DNA from: Candidatus Fraserbacteria bacterium
Lineage (GTDB): Bacteria > Bipolaricaulota > Bipolaricaulia > RBG-16-55-9 > JANLFV01
Assembly: GCA_037446135.1 (NCBI GenBank)
Contig: JBBIJD010000008.1
Location: forward strand, 3,548 to 20,269
Direction: 5' to 3'
DNA length: 16,722 nt
Shown: positions 7,511-16,243 of the stretch, one piece after another
Layout of the letters: the number at the start of each line of letters is the position of its first letter
How positions within the stretch are numbered: position 1 is the stretch's first letter
Notes under the pieces: model-generated
What the model saw: only the letters and a program-made list of their open reading frames with translations
The model's database searches: none
Told to the model about the DNA's origin: nothing
Position numbers and translations under genes: made by a program

Positions 7511-8016
7511 TATTGGCGATCCTCCTCCCTCCTCGGCCGGAAGTATTTGATGTCAGTGATTGCCCCTTCCCGCTCTCCTTCCGGCCTCCAGACCGGCTCC
7601 ACCGGCATCCCGATATAAATTTTCTCGGGCGAGACCTCGCCGAAGTAGTGCATGATCCCACAGTGCTCACTCGCGTCGTCGAAGGCCACGACCCCCACGA
7701 GGATCGGCTCGCTGATCCTGTTGGCGTCGGTATCGATGTAAGAGATGCTGAAGGTCTCGATCACCCCTGTCCCCGGGAGGTAGACCCACTCCGAAGTCGG
7801 GCGGAAGCACTGCTCGCAGAACATTCGCGGGGGAACGAGCACTCGCCCGCAATGATCACACCTCCGAGCGATAATCCGGCCCTGTTTCAACTCCTCGAGG
7901 AACCGGCCGAGTGCCGGCCCGGCACTCCAGGCGTATCTGGCCTTCGGCTTGGCCACCACATGGGGGACGCGCTCGGCCTCCTCCTTTGTAAGCTTCCTTC
8001 CCCTAGGCTCCATCAT
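7510..8016 (-). CDS. Zn-ribbon + OB-fold (DUF35) acyl-CoA-binding protein, copy 1
   Basis: AGGAGG SD 7 nt upstream. FLEELKQGRIIARRCDHC..VPPRMFCEQC, GVIETFS, IGMPVEPVW, GAITDIKYFRP. Confidence 0.88.
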   Translation of the reverse strand: MMEPRGRKLTKEEAERVPHVVAKPKARYAWSAGPALGRFLEELKQGRIIARRCDHCGRVLVPPRMFCEQCFRPTSEWVYLPGTGVIETFSISYIDTDANRISEPILVGVVAFDDASEHCGIMHYFGEVSPEKIYIGMPVEPVWRPEGEREGAITDIKYFRPRREEDRQ

Positions 8017-8049
8017 TATCCTACCTCCTCGTCGTAATTTGCGGCGTGA

Positions 8050-8078
8050 ATTTTACAAGGAACTAATTTGTTGCACAA
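8050..8078 (-). promoter_or_regulatory. Internal sigma70 promoter driving DUF35-DUF35-meaB
   Basis: Minus strand TTGTGC (8078-8073), 17-nt spacer, TAAAAT (8055-8050), in an AT-rich island. Confidence 0.6.
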
Positions 8079-8112
8079 CTTCGACTGCACCCCACTAGTA
8101 TACCGCACAACG

Positions 8113-8137
8113 GTAGGGGCGACCGGACCGGTCGCCT
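8113..8137 (+). repeat. GTAG-type REP-like palindrome
   Basis: GTAG followed by GG-GGCGACCG-GAC-CGGTCGCC, 25 nt downstream of the molybdoenzyme stop codon. Confidence 0.5.
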
Positions 8138-8162
8138 CCATCATACCGATGACCGGCGTCGT

Positions 8163-11100
8163 CTACGCCCGCTCGACACGAACGCGGGTGTCGTAGAAGC
8201 TGGCACTCCCCCCAATGGGATCGGTAAGGCACACGTTGCCCAGCTTCGTATCCAGCCGCATCACGGCGTTGGGGCAGAGGCCCTCAGCCCGGCGTGGATC
8301 GCCGGGGACGCGCACACCGTCGATTTCGCAATCGCCGGCGCCGTAGGCCCAGTGGCCGTAGTGCCAGGAGACGGCGATGGTTCCGGGACGCATCCCCTCC
8401 ACTCCCTTCACATGCCCGGCCACCTCCACCTTCCGGCCGTTGCCCAGGTCCCACACGCCCTCAGGGTTGGTGGCGGAGACCAGCCGTACCCGGTCGCCGT
8501 CCTTCAGCCCAAGCCGCAGCATATCCGGCCGGTTCATCAGGACCGGATTGCCGCCCGGACGGAGGCTGTGCTGGGTCCAGTAGTTGCCCACCGTGCGGGA
8601 TTGACCGCCGAAGATCTCCTTGAAGGTGATGAGATGGAAGTCGTACCCCTCGTCGGAGACGACTGTGCCGTCCGCCCCCTTCACCGGCTCGTAGATGGGC
8701 AGGCCGGAGAAGGGCTCGCCGGTGAGGCTGTTGCGCCCCTTGGCGACAGGCTCGACGAAGAAGTTGAACTGCCCCTTGAAGGTGTGCCCTATCTTGTCGC
8801 CTTTGTAGGCTTTGGAGAAATCCTCGAAGCGGCCGCCTCGGTTGAGGACGTAGACCACCCGCCGCCAGAGGGATTCGTCGTCGCCCAAGGCTTTCCTCCA
8901 GCGCGCCTCGTCGAAGACGGCTGAGGGCAGATGCTGCCGGGCGCGGCGGAACAGTTCCAGTTCCGCATCGTTCGCCTCCGGTACTGCATCCTCCAGGTGG
9001 GGCTTGTCGCCGAAGGCGATGTTGGCGATCAGTTTAAGGTAGAAGTCCTCCGGGCGGGTGAAGTCCATCCCCGGGCCGAACCCGTCGGGGCCGTACCCTG
9101 GCAGCCCCAGCCGCTCGGCGATGGCCAGCATCACGGCTTCCATACTGATGGGCATCTTCTCGCCGAAGACGGTGACCTTCTCCACGATCGGGTCTACCAT
9201 CGGCTGGCGGACCTGGCTCACCGCACAGTTGATGGTCGGCGCGGCATGGGGTGTGCTCCACCGTTCCCAGATGCTCGTATCCGGGAAGATGTAGTCGCAG
9301 TACATCGTGGACTCGCCGATGACGATGTCACAGCCAATGACCAGAGGGATCACCTTCGGATCGCGCAGCACCGCAATCACGGCATGGCCTGCCGGGGTGG
9401 AGTAGATCGGCGTCCCCATGTGGATGAAGAGGGCCTTGATCGGGTAGGGGTACCCGTCAGCGGCGGCAGGGATGATCTCCTGGTAGACGTTGCTGCTGAA
9501 CGGATACCAGGGCCGCTTGGCCGGATAGCCGTCCCGCCGGAAGTAGAGGGTGTTCTCGTATTTGGTCTTTTCCTTCGTCAACGGCACGCCGAAGGAGCCC
9601 AGTTTCCCCGGAAAGAGGCTCTTGATGGGGAAGGGCTGTCCCTCCTTGCTCCCGTCCTCGTGCCAGTGGCCGCCACCCTGGGAGAGGCCGCCGACCCAGT
9701 CGGGATTGCCGACCAGCATGTTGAGGAAGATGATGGCCTGAGCGTTGTAATAGCCGTTGGTGTGCTTCACCGGGCCCCGGTACAGCTCCACGGCCGCCTT
9801 CTTGCCATGGCTGGTGAATTCGCGGGCCAGGTCCTCCAAGAGCGCCACGTCGATCCCGCACTCCATAGCCCACCAGTCGAGCGTGTGCTCGGTGGCCACC
9901 TCCCACAGCAATTGGAAGGCGGACTTATAGGCCACCCCGCCGACCCGTCCCTCGACGAACAGATCGCCCTCCACCGGGTTCTCGGCGTCGTTGGGGTCGA
10001 AGGCGATCAGCCGCCCGTCCTTGGAGACGACGAAGCGGTCCGCCTCACCCAGCCCCACCTCGGCCGCCCGCAGGAAGGCGCTAGGCCGGCTGTCCTCGTC
10101 CAGTTTGACCAGCCAGGTTGCGCCAGTCCAGGTGGTCTCGCCGTCGGCGTTGGCGGCACCCTTGTTGGCGTTGGTCAGGTAGGTAGCGTCGTATCGCTCG
10201 TTCTCGATGATCCAGCGGATCATCCCCAGCGCCAGCGCCGCATCGGTCCCCGGCTTGATGGGCACCCAGTACTTGGCCTTGGCCGCCGTTTTGGAGTAGC
10301 GGGGGTCAACTACGGCGATCTCCAGGTTCCCCTCGGAGATCCCCCAGGTGACCAACTCGGCCATCGGCGTGGGGCCAAAGTTGGCCTCAAAGGCCCCCGT
10401 GCCGAAAAAGATGACAAACTCGGCGTTGGCAAAGTCCGGCTTCATATGAGTCTTGCCGCCGGTCCACTTGCCGTCCTTGTAACCGTTGGTGACCTGCTGA
10501 TAGGCGATATGGTGGGACTGCTCGCAGATGGTGGTGTGCTCGTACCAGTTGACCGAGCCGAAGGCGTCGCTGAGCCAGCGCTGGGCGAACTCTATCCGAC
10601 CGTGCTCGATCCGCCCCGCCTGGAAGACGAACTGGTTGTTGATCGGCCCCAGGTCCGGCATGTCCGGGTCGATCAGGAGGTCGAGGTGGTCGGCGTGCTT
10701 GGCCTTGAACGCCTCCAGCGTCATCTCGCCAGCGACGACGGCCGCCGCGTCCTCCTTCAACCGGGCCATCAGTTTGGGGTCGCGCACGGCGAAGAGGTCC
10801 TTGAGCCCCGGCACGTGCCCCTCGCCGAAGAGGTCGCCGCCGTTGACAATCTCGTTGATGGCCTGGTCGAAGTCAATCACCACCCACTTGTTCTCGCCCC
10901 GCTTTCCGGCCCGCTTGAGGACCTTGCGGATGCGGTAGGGGTCATACTGGGACTGCACCCCGGCGACCCCCTTAGGGCAGAGCTTGCCGTCCACCGGGGC
11001 AGCCTCCTCCGGCAGGGTGTCGTAGGGCAGTTGAGGCAGGAGGTTCATGGGACTGTAGGGGTTTCCCTCGATCTTCACCAGCACCCCGTCCAGGATTTTG

Positions 11101-11291
11101 CCCTTGATAGGGCAGGCGGTGTGGCACTGGAGACAGGTGGAGTAGATGATGTGGTCAGCCGAGTCGAAGGGGTAGTCGTTCCGCTCAAGCCCTCCGTACC
11201 GGGCAAACACCGGCCAGATCGTTTCACGGAAGAGCAGGCTGCCTCCGAGAAAAGCCGCGGATTTCAGGAAATCCCGTCGTGTCAGTTTCAT
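8163..11291 (-). CDS. Tat-exported molybdopterin oxidoreductase catalytic subunit, DMSO reductase family, tetrathionate reductase A-like
   Basis: Twin-arginine TRRDFLK; N-terminal 4Fe-4S CLQCHTAC...LCPKG; RIRKVLKRAGKRGE; probable Mo-ligand Cys in HTTICEQ; PIKPGTDAALALGMIRWI; C-terminal DPIGGSASFYDTRV. Confidence 0.88.
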   Translation of the reverse strand: MKLTRRDFLKSAAFLGGSLLFRETIWPVFARYGGLERNDYPFDSADHIIYSTCLQCHTACPIKGKILDGVLVKIEGNPYSPMNLLPQLPYDTLPEEAAPVDGKLCPKGVAGVQSQYDPYRIRKVLKRAGKRGENKWVVIDFDQAINEIVNGGDLFGEGHVPGLKDLFAVRDPKLMARLKEDAAAVVAGEMTLEAFKAKHADHLDLLIDPDMPDLGPINNQFVFQAGRIEHGRIEFAQRWLSDAFGSVNWYEHTTICEQSHHIAYQQVTNGYKDGKWTGGKTHMKPDFANAEFVIFFGTGAFEANFGPTPMAELVTWGISEGNLEIAVVDPRYSKTAAKAKYWVPIKPGTDAALALGMIRWIIENERYDATYLTNANKGAANADGETTWTGATWLVKLDEDSRPSAFLRAAEVGLGEADRFVVSKDGRLIAFDPNDAENPVEGDLFVEGRVGGVAYKSAFQLLWEVATEHTLDWWAMECGIDVALLEDLAREFTSHGKKAAVELYRGPVKHTNGYYNAQAIIFLNMLVGNPDWVGGLSQGGGHWHEDGSKEGQPFPIKSLFPGKLGSFGVPLTKEKTKYENTLYFRRDGYPAKRPWYPFSSNVYQEIIPAAADGYPYPIKALFIHMGTPIYSTPAGHAVIAVLRDPKVIPLVIGCDIVIGESTMYCDYIFPDTSIWERWSTPHAAPTINCAVSQVRQPMVDPIVEKVTVFGEKMPISMEAVMLAIAERLGLPGYGPDGFGPGMDFTRPEDFYLKLIANIAFGDKPHLEDAVPEANDAELELFRRARQHLPSAVFDEARWRKALGDDESLWRRVVYVLNRGGRFEDFSKAYKGDKIGHTFKGQFNFFVEPVAKGRNSLTGEPFSGLPIYEPVKGADGTVVSDEGYDFHLITFKEIFGGQSRTVGNYWTQHSLRPGGNPVLMNRPDMLRLGLKDGDRVRLVSATNPEGVWDLGNGRKVEVAGHVKGVEGMRPGTIAVSWHYGHWAYGAGDCEIDGVRVPGDPRRAEGLCPNAVMRLDTKLGNVCLTDPIGGSASFYDTRVRVERA

Positions 11292-11315
11292 TTCGATACC
11301 TCCCGTCGTTTGGGA

Positions 11316-12557
11316 TCAACCCTCCGCCGGCACCGCTTCCCCTTCCAGGGGCAGGAGGCCGAAACCGAGGGAGAAGAGGACCAGGCCGACACCCACCGCG
11401 AAGGCGGAGACCAGCCACTCCATCCAGGAGGGGACGTAGACGGCCAGGTAATTGAGGTGGGGTTCGACGATGGCGTTCTCTATGCCTGGAAGTTCAGGCA
11501 GGGCAAAGCCCGGCAGGACGATGTTCCAGCGGATGGCGAGGAAAGCGACTGCCGAGATGAGGGAAACGACTCCCACCGCCAGCGGGTTCCGCCGTCCGGT
11601 CGTTGCCAGCACGATCATCGGCACGCCCACCGCCAGCCCCAGCCCGATGATCCAGAAGACCCACCAATAGGGGCCGTACAACTGTTCGTGGATGGGGACG
11701 AAGTGAGCAGGGGCGGTGCCGTAGAGGCTGACCAGGAACTCGGCGATCTCCATCAGCACCTCAACGAAGAGCAGGGCAAGCAGCAACTGCCCCAACCCCA
11801 ACACCAGGTCGCGGTGCCTCTGGTAGCCGTTGGGGATCATGAAGGCAGCTACGGCGGTGAGCAACGCGCCGCCGGAGGCCAGGGCGGAGGCGAGGAAGAG
11901 GATGGGGAATAGGCCACTGTACCAGTAGGGGCGGGCCATCGTCACGGCGAAGACCGTGCCGGTGCCGCCGTGGAAGGCGATCGCCAGCGGCACGCCGATG
12001 GTCCCCAGTACCCGAACCACTCTCATATCCCGCTCGGCATCGGCCGGCGAGCCCTCCTTCGTCCCGAGGGCCAGGATGCGATAGAGGGTGCCCTTGAAGC
12101 TGGGCTGCGAGGCCCCGTGGGCGAAACTGCGCCGCATCAGGAACCAGGCCTCGGCCAGGAGCAGGAAGAAGTAGATGGTGTAGAGCCAGACGATCCACAC
12201 CAGCGGAGAGTGGAAGGCCGGCCGGTAAAAGACCTCCAGGAACCGCTCCATATGCCCCAAGTCCACCCAGATGAACAACAAGGCGGTGATCAGGGAGATC
12301 AGCGCCGTGAAGACGGCGATCCGCCCGATAGGCTCGAATCTTTTCATCCGGAAGACATAGACCAGCGAGGAGATAAGGAACGCTCCGGCGGAGAGCCCGA
12401 TAAAGTAGATATAAAACACCACCCACAGTGCCCAAGGGATGCGGCTGCCGTACCCTACGTGCAAGAGGCCAAACCGCAGGCGGTCCACCATCCCCACGAT
12501 GCCGCCGGCCAGGACCACCAGGCCGATGATCAGGAGGATCCAGAGTTGCTTTCTCAC
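11316..12557 (-). CDS. NrfD/PsrC/TtrC-family membrane anchor (quinol-interacting subunit)
   Basis: GTG start after GAGGAGG. PWALWVVFYIYFIGLSAGAF, DLGHMERF, SP, HGGTG, RPYWYS, RWNIV; about 10 TM helices. Confidence 0.88.
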   Translation of the reverse strand: MRKQLWILLIIGLVVLAGGIVGMVDRLRFGLLHVGYGSRIPWALWVVFYIYFIGLSAGAFLISSLVYVFRMKRFEPIGRIAVFTALISLITALLFIWVDLGHMERFLEVFYRPAFHSPLVWIVWLYTIYFFLLLAEAWFLMRRSFAHGASQPSFKGTLYRILALGTKEGSPADAERDMRVVRVLGTIGVPLAIAFHGGTGTVFAVTMARPYWYSGLFPILFLASALASGGALLTAVAAFMIPNGYQRHRDLVLGLGQLLLALLFVEVLMEIAEFLVSLYGTAPAHFVPIHEQLYGPYWWVFWIIGLGLAVGVPMIVLATTGRRNPLAVGVVSLISAVAFLAIRWNIVLPGFALPELPGIENAIVEPHLNYLAVYVPSWMEWLVSAFAVGVGLVLFSLGFGLLPLEGEAVPAEG

Positions 12558-12569
12558 TCTACACCTCCT

Positions 12570-13301
12570 CTACGGCAGGTAGTACACACTCGGCTCGGTG
12601 CCTAGTTCCTCCTTCAGCCGCATCGCCCGCGGAGAGGCGGCCATCCGGGCCACCAGGCTGTAGGGGTCATTCAAGTCGCCAAAGTAGCGGGCCCTGCCGA
12701 TGCAGATGCTGACGCAGGCGGGCAGCATTCCCTTGTCCAGGCGATGCAGGCAGAAGGTGCATTTGCGGGCGTTGCCGATGGGCGATTCGTGTAGGTTCTC
12801 CGGGTCGCGCCGGTGCATCCGCCCATACTCGAAACTGGGGGCGGTGTCATAGGCTGCCACCTCGGGGGTGTGCCCGGCCGTGTAGAACTCGCCGAAGTCG
12901 AAGGTCCGCGCGCCATATGGGCAGGCCGTCAGGCAGTACCGGCAGCCGATGCAGACGTTATAGTCTATCGCCACCACCCCGTCCGGGCGCCGGTAGGTGG
13001 CGTTCACCGGGCAGACCTTGACGCAGGGGGGCTTTTGGCACTGCATGCACGGGCGCGGCAGGAACCGCCGGCCGACGTTGGGGAAGCGGCCTATCTCCTC
13101 TTCGATGACAACGTTATAGGCCACCCCCGGCGGTAAGCCGTTCTCCGACTTGCACGCCACCGTGCAGGCGTTGCACCCCACGCACTTGCGCAGGTCAATC
13201 ACCATTCCCCAGTGACGCTCGTGGACTGGCTTTTGCAACGCTCGCGCCAGGTCCTCGTGCATTCGTACAATGTTGCTTTTTGTCTCGGTTAACACAGGCA
13301 T
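12570..13301 (-). CDS. 4x[4Fe-4S] electron-transfer subunit (TtrB/PsrB/NrfC/DsrO-like)
   Basis: [65 protein letters not shown]. Confidence 0.92.
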   Translation of the reverse strand: MPVLTETKSNIVRMHEDLARALQKPVHERHWGMVIDLRKCVGCNACTVACKSENGLPPGVAYNVVIEEEIGRFPNVGRRFLPRPCMQCQKPPCVKVCPVNATYRRPDGVVAIDYNVCIGCRYCLTACPYGARTFDFGEFYTAGHTPEVAAYDTAPSFEYGRMHRRDPENLHESPIGNARKCTFCLHRLDKGMLPACVSICIGRARYFGDLNDPYSLVARMAASPRAMRLKEELGTEPSVYYLP

Positions 13302-13305
13302 GGGC

Positions 13306-14478
13306 CTACCTCCTTCGCATCACGATCACACTGGAGAACTGCATCAGGTCCCCCCAGGCCTGACAGACGCCGGTGACTGGATCATTCTTGACTTGGCGTC
13401 TCCCGGCCTTCCTCGCGAGCTGCCAGTAGATCTCACCGGCCTTGATCCCTAAAGTAGCGGCGATCGGGTTCCCCACCCCGAGCAAGCCCCCGCTCGGGCA
13501 GACCGGGAGCCGCCCGTCCCGCTGGGTCACGCCTTCACGAGTCAGGATCGCCGCCTCGCCCGGCTCGCAGAGCAAGAGCCCCTCCATGTGCTGGAGCTCC
13601 TTGTAGTTGAAGGGATCGTAGGGCTCTGCGATATGGATCTCCCTCTTGGGGTCCTTGATCCCGGCCATCTTGTAGGCCTGATCGGCCGCCCGGGCCAAGA
13701 ACTTCGGGAAGGCCAAGTCCCGGTTGGTCCACATCGTGGTATCGATGCACCAGCCGACTCCGTCGATGGTCACGATCCTGTCGGGACAGATCTCCCTAGC
13801 CACATCGAGGCTCGCCAAGACGAGCGCGCTCGCCCCGTCGGAAGGGGGGCTGATGTCGAGCCTCCGGACCGGGAGGGCCATCGGCTCAGAATTCAAGACA
13901 TCTTCGACCGTGATCTTGGGATCAGCGAGCTGGGCGCAGGGATGATCGACGGCATTCCGCTTATTCTTGACCGAGACGAGGGCGATATCCTCCTTGCGGA
14001 CATTGTATTTGTGCATATAGCGTTGCATCTCCATGGCGAAGATCCAGACCAGGTTCGGCCTCAAGGGCCTGTCGAGGATCGGGTCCCAGATATGAGCGAA
14101 GACCGACTGGGCATGGGGCCTTGCGCTGGACATCTTCTCCTCGTTCACCACCAGGACGGTGTCGAACATCCCCGAGGCGATATGCCACCACCCGGCGATC
14201 GGGGTCATCACCGCCGTCCCGCCGCCGGTGTAGACCCGCATGTAAGGCTTATTTGCCCCGCCGGCCCCATCCAGAAGGTTCTCCCCCTTCTTGTGGATCC
14301 CGTCAAAGGCGTCCGGCGCGGTCCCCATGATCACCGCATCGATGTCCTGCAAGGAGAGGCCGGCCTCATCCAGGGCCTGCCTGGCCGCCTCCCAAGCCAG
14401 CTCTTTCCCCGTCTCCATCATGCGCGAGGCGAAGAGGGTCATCCCCGCGCCGATGACCGCGACTTCTCTCATCCTCAT
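13306..14478 (-). CDS. Thiolase-fold protein (SCP-x/archaeal type) lacking the canonical nucleophile Cys; copy 2
   Basis: [43 protein letters not shown]. Start chosen by SD spacing; 14481 and 14472 are alternatives. Confidence 0.85.
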   Translation of the reverse strand: MRMREVAVIGAGMTLFASRMMETGKELAWEAARQALDEAGLSLQDIDAVIMGTAPDAFDGIHKKGENLLDGAGGANKPYMRVYTGGGTAVMTPIAGWWHIASGMFDTVLVVNEEKMSSARPHAQSVFAHIWDPILDRPLRPNLVWIFAMEMQRYMHKYNVRKEDIALVSVKNKRNAVDHPCAQLADPKITVEDVLNSEPMALPVRRLDISPPSDGASALVLASLDVAREICPDRIVTIDGVGWCIDTTMWTNRDLAFPKFLARAADQAYKMAGIKDPKREIHIAEPYDPFNYKELQHMEGLLLCEPGEAAILTREGVTQRDGRLPVCPSGGLLGVGNPIAATLGIKAGEIYWQLARKAGRRQVKNDPVTGVCQAWGDLMQFSSVIVMRRR

Positions 14479-15626
14479 CATTCCCTCCTGAAGATCGCTA
14501 CGGCCCCGCTCCCGTGAGGGAGGCCTCGCCAGGACTGGGCTAGTCCGACCTCGACCCCCTCGAGCTGACGCGGCCCGGCCTCGCCCCGGAGCTGAAGAAC
14601 GATCTCCAAAGCCCGCGCAAGCCCGCCGGCCTCGACGGCATCGCCCATCCCTAGCGAGCCACCGCTCACATTTACCGGGAGCTCGCCCTCAGGCCCGAAC
14701 GCCCCCTCGAGCAGCAATTGACCGGCCTCGCCCGGGCGGGCCAAACCCAGGGCCTCGAGATGCTGGAGCTCCTTGTAAGCAAACCGATCATCGACCTCCA
14801 CAAAGTCAATCTCTCGCAAGGGGTCCTTGATCCCCGCTTGAGCATAGGCCATCTCCGCCGCGTGGCGGGCATAGGCCCCATCCGGGAGGCGGGAGCCGAT
14901 CCAGGGTGACTCGGACCACCAGCCGAGCCCTTCGATGAGAACCGGCTTCTCGCTCAGGCGGTGGGCCAGTCCGCCCTCGGCTAGGACGAAGACGATCGCC
15001 CCATCGACTAAGGGGGCGATCTCCAGCTCCTTTAAGGGATCGAAGAGGTAGCGGGAGCAGAGGACATCCTCCACCGAGATGGCCGCCCCAAAGGGCGCGA
15101 GCGGATTTTTCAGGGCATTCCGCTTATTCTTCGCCACCACCGCGGCGCACTCCTCCTCGGTCGTCCCGGTCCAGGCCAGATACTCGCGCATCTCCAGCCC
15201 CGCAAGATAATGGGGATGGCCCCCGAGCGGGGCCTCATAGATCGGGTCGAAGGCGAAGAGCAGGACATCCTCGTAGGTCAAGAGCTCGGAGATCTTGCTG
15301 TGAGCCTCGACGACGACCAGGTCAAATAGGCCGGTCTTGATCTGCATGTAAGCGTTCGCCAGGCCCAAGAGGCCGTCCCCGGCAACGGTGATCATCGGCC
15401 TCTTAGCCGCGCCGAGCTGGTCTGGTGTGAATTCATCGAAGATGGCAAAGCCTTCCCAGAAGTCCTCGGCGCAGGTGATGAAGCTCTGGACATCCTTTCG
15501 CGGGTCGATCCCCGCATCCTCGTAGGCCCGGACCGCGGCTGAGAAGGTCAGCTCCTTCCAGCTCAGGTCCGGTGTGACCGGCGCGAAGGGAGTAGCGCCG
15601 ATACCGATGATTGCCACCTCTCTCAT
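14478..15626 (-). CDS. Thiolase-fold protein (SCP-x/archaeal type) with degenerate catalytic motifs; copy 1
   Basis: GAGGAGG SD then ATG at 15626. MREVAIIGIG, VAKNKRNA, DGAIVFVL, EVDDRF, VNVSGGSLG, QLRGEAGPRQ. Confidence 0.85.
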   Translation of the reverse strand: MREVAIIGIGATPFAPVTPDLSWKELTFSAAVRAYEDAGIDPRKDVQSFITCAEDFWEGFAIFDEFTPDQLGAAKRPMITVAGDGLLGLANAYMQIKTGLFDLVVVEAHSKISELLTYEDVLLFAFDPIYEAPLGGHPHYLAGLEMREYLAWTGTTEEECAAVVAKNKRNALKNPLAPFGAAISVEDVLCSRYLFDPLKELEIAPLVDGAIVFVLAEGGLAHRLSEKPVLIEGLGWWSESPWIGSRLPDGAYARHAAEMAYAQAGIKDPLREIDFVEVDDRFAYKELQHLEALGLARPGEAGQLLLEGAFGPEGELPVNVSGGSLGMGDAVEAGGLARALEIVLQLRGEAGPRQLEGVEVGLAQSWRGLPHGSGAVAIFRRE

Positions 15627-15648
15627 CGACGAACCTCCTCTATTCAAG

Positions 15649-16164
15649 TCATAACATGAACTTCTCGAATAACGGTAAGAGCGCCGCGGTGAGCCCCGTC
15701 CCCCAGAGGGCCCCGGCCAGGACATCCGAGGGGTAGTGCTCCTGGACATAGATCCTGGAGAGGCCGATGAAGGCCGCGACGGCGTAGACGAGAGCCTGGG
15801 CCCAGGGGAAGGGATAGAAATGTGCGACCATCAGGGCCACGCCGAAGGAGATCGAGCTGTGGCCCGAGGGGAAGGCATACCGCTCGAGGACCCTCGAGCG
15901 GAGGGTCGCGGGGAAGGGGATCGGCCGCTCCCGCTTAAAGTAGAGCTTGAGAAGTGTATAGGTTATGGCATTGATGATCGTGATCCCCACCCCGATCAGG
16001 ACATACCGGCGGTCCATCTCCCCGCGGAGCATCAGGAGGAGGGCCAGTCCGCCCCAAAGATACCCATCCCCGAGATAGGTAGCCCCGATGAATAAAGAAG
16101 AGAATGGCGCGAGGAGTCGGCTTTGGCTGATCCGGGCTAGGCTCGCCCGGTCCCAATCCCTCAT
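15649..16164 (-). CDS. PAP2-family phosphatase
   Basis: KLYFKRERP, FPSGHS and SRIYVQEHYPSDV motifs. Start uncertain: ATG at 16164 or an upstream ATA at 16236. Confidence 0.85.
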   Translation of the reverse strand: MRDWDRASLARISQSRLLAPFSSLFIGATYLGDGYLWGGLALLLMLRGEMDRRYVLIGVGITIINAITYTLLKLYFKRERPIPFPATLRSRVLERYAFPSGHSSISFGVALMVAHFYPFPWAQALVYAVAAFIGLSRIYVQEHYPSDVLAGALWGTGLTAALLPLFEKFML

Positions 16165-16243
16165 GCGGCGGCTGACTCCCCGGAGGAGGGCCTCCAGCCT
16201 GGGAAGAAGGCCGTGGATGGCATCCTTGTAGGCTATGGCGACC

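Noticed and set aside
8163..11291. Selenocysteine in the Mo subunit
   Set aside because: The ORF is continuous with no in-frame TGA, and the ligand position is Cys.
8931..11912. 993-aa plus-strand ORF
   Set aside because: Antisense shadow of the molybdoenzyme and NrfD genes, expected from high-GC codon bias; no recognisable motifs.
13589..14835. Repeated 15-17-mers (TGCTGGAGCTCCTTGTA; GGGGTCCTTGATCCC)
   Set aside because: Explained by conserved YKELQH and GIKDP motifs in the two thiolase paralogs; not a CRISPR or mobile repeat.
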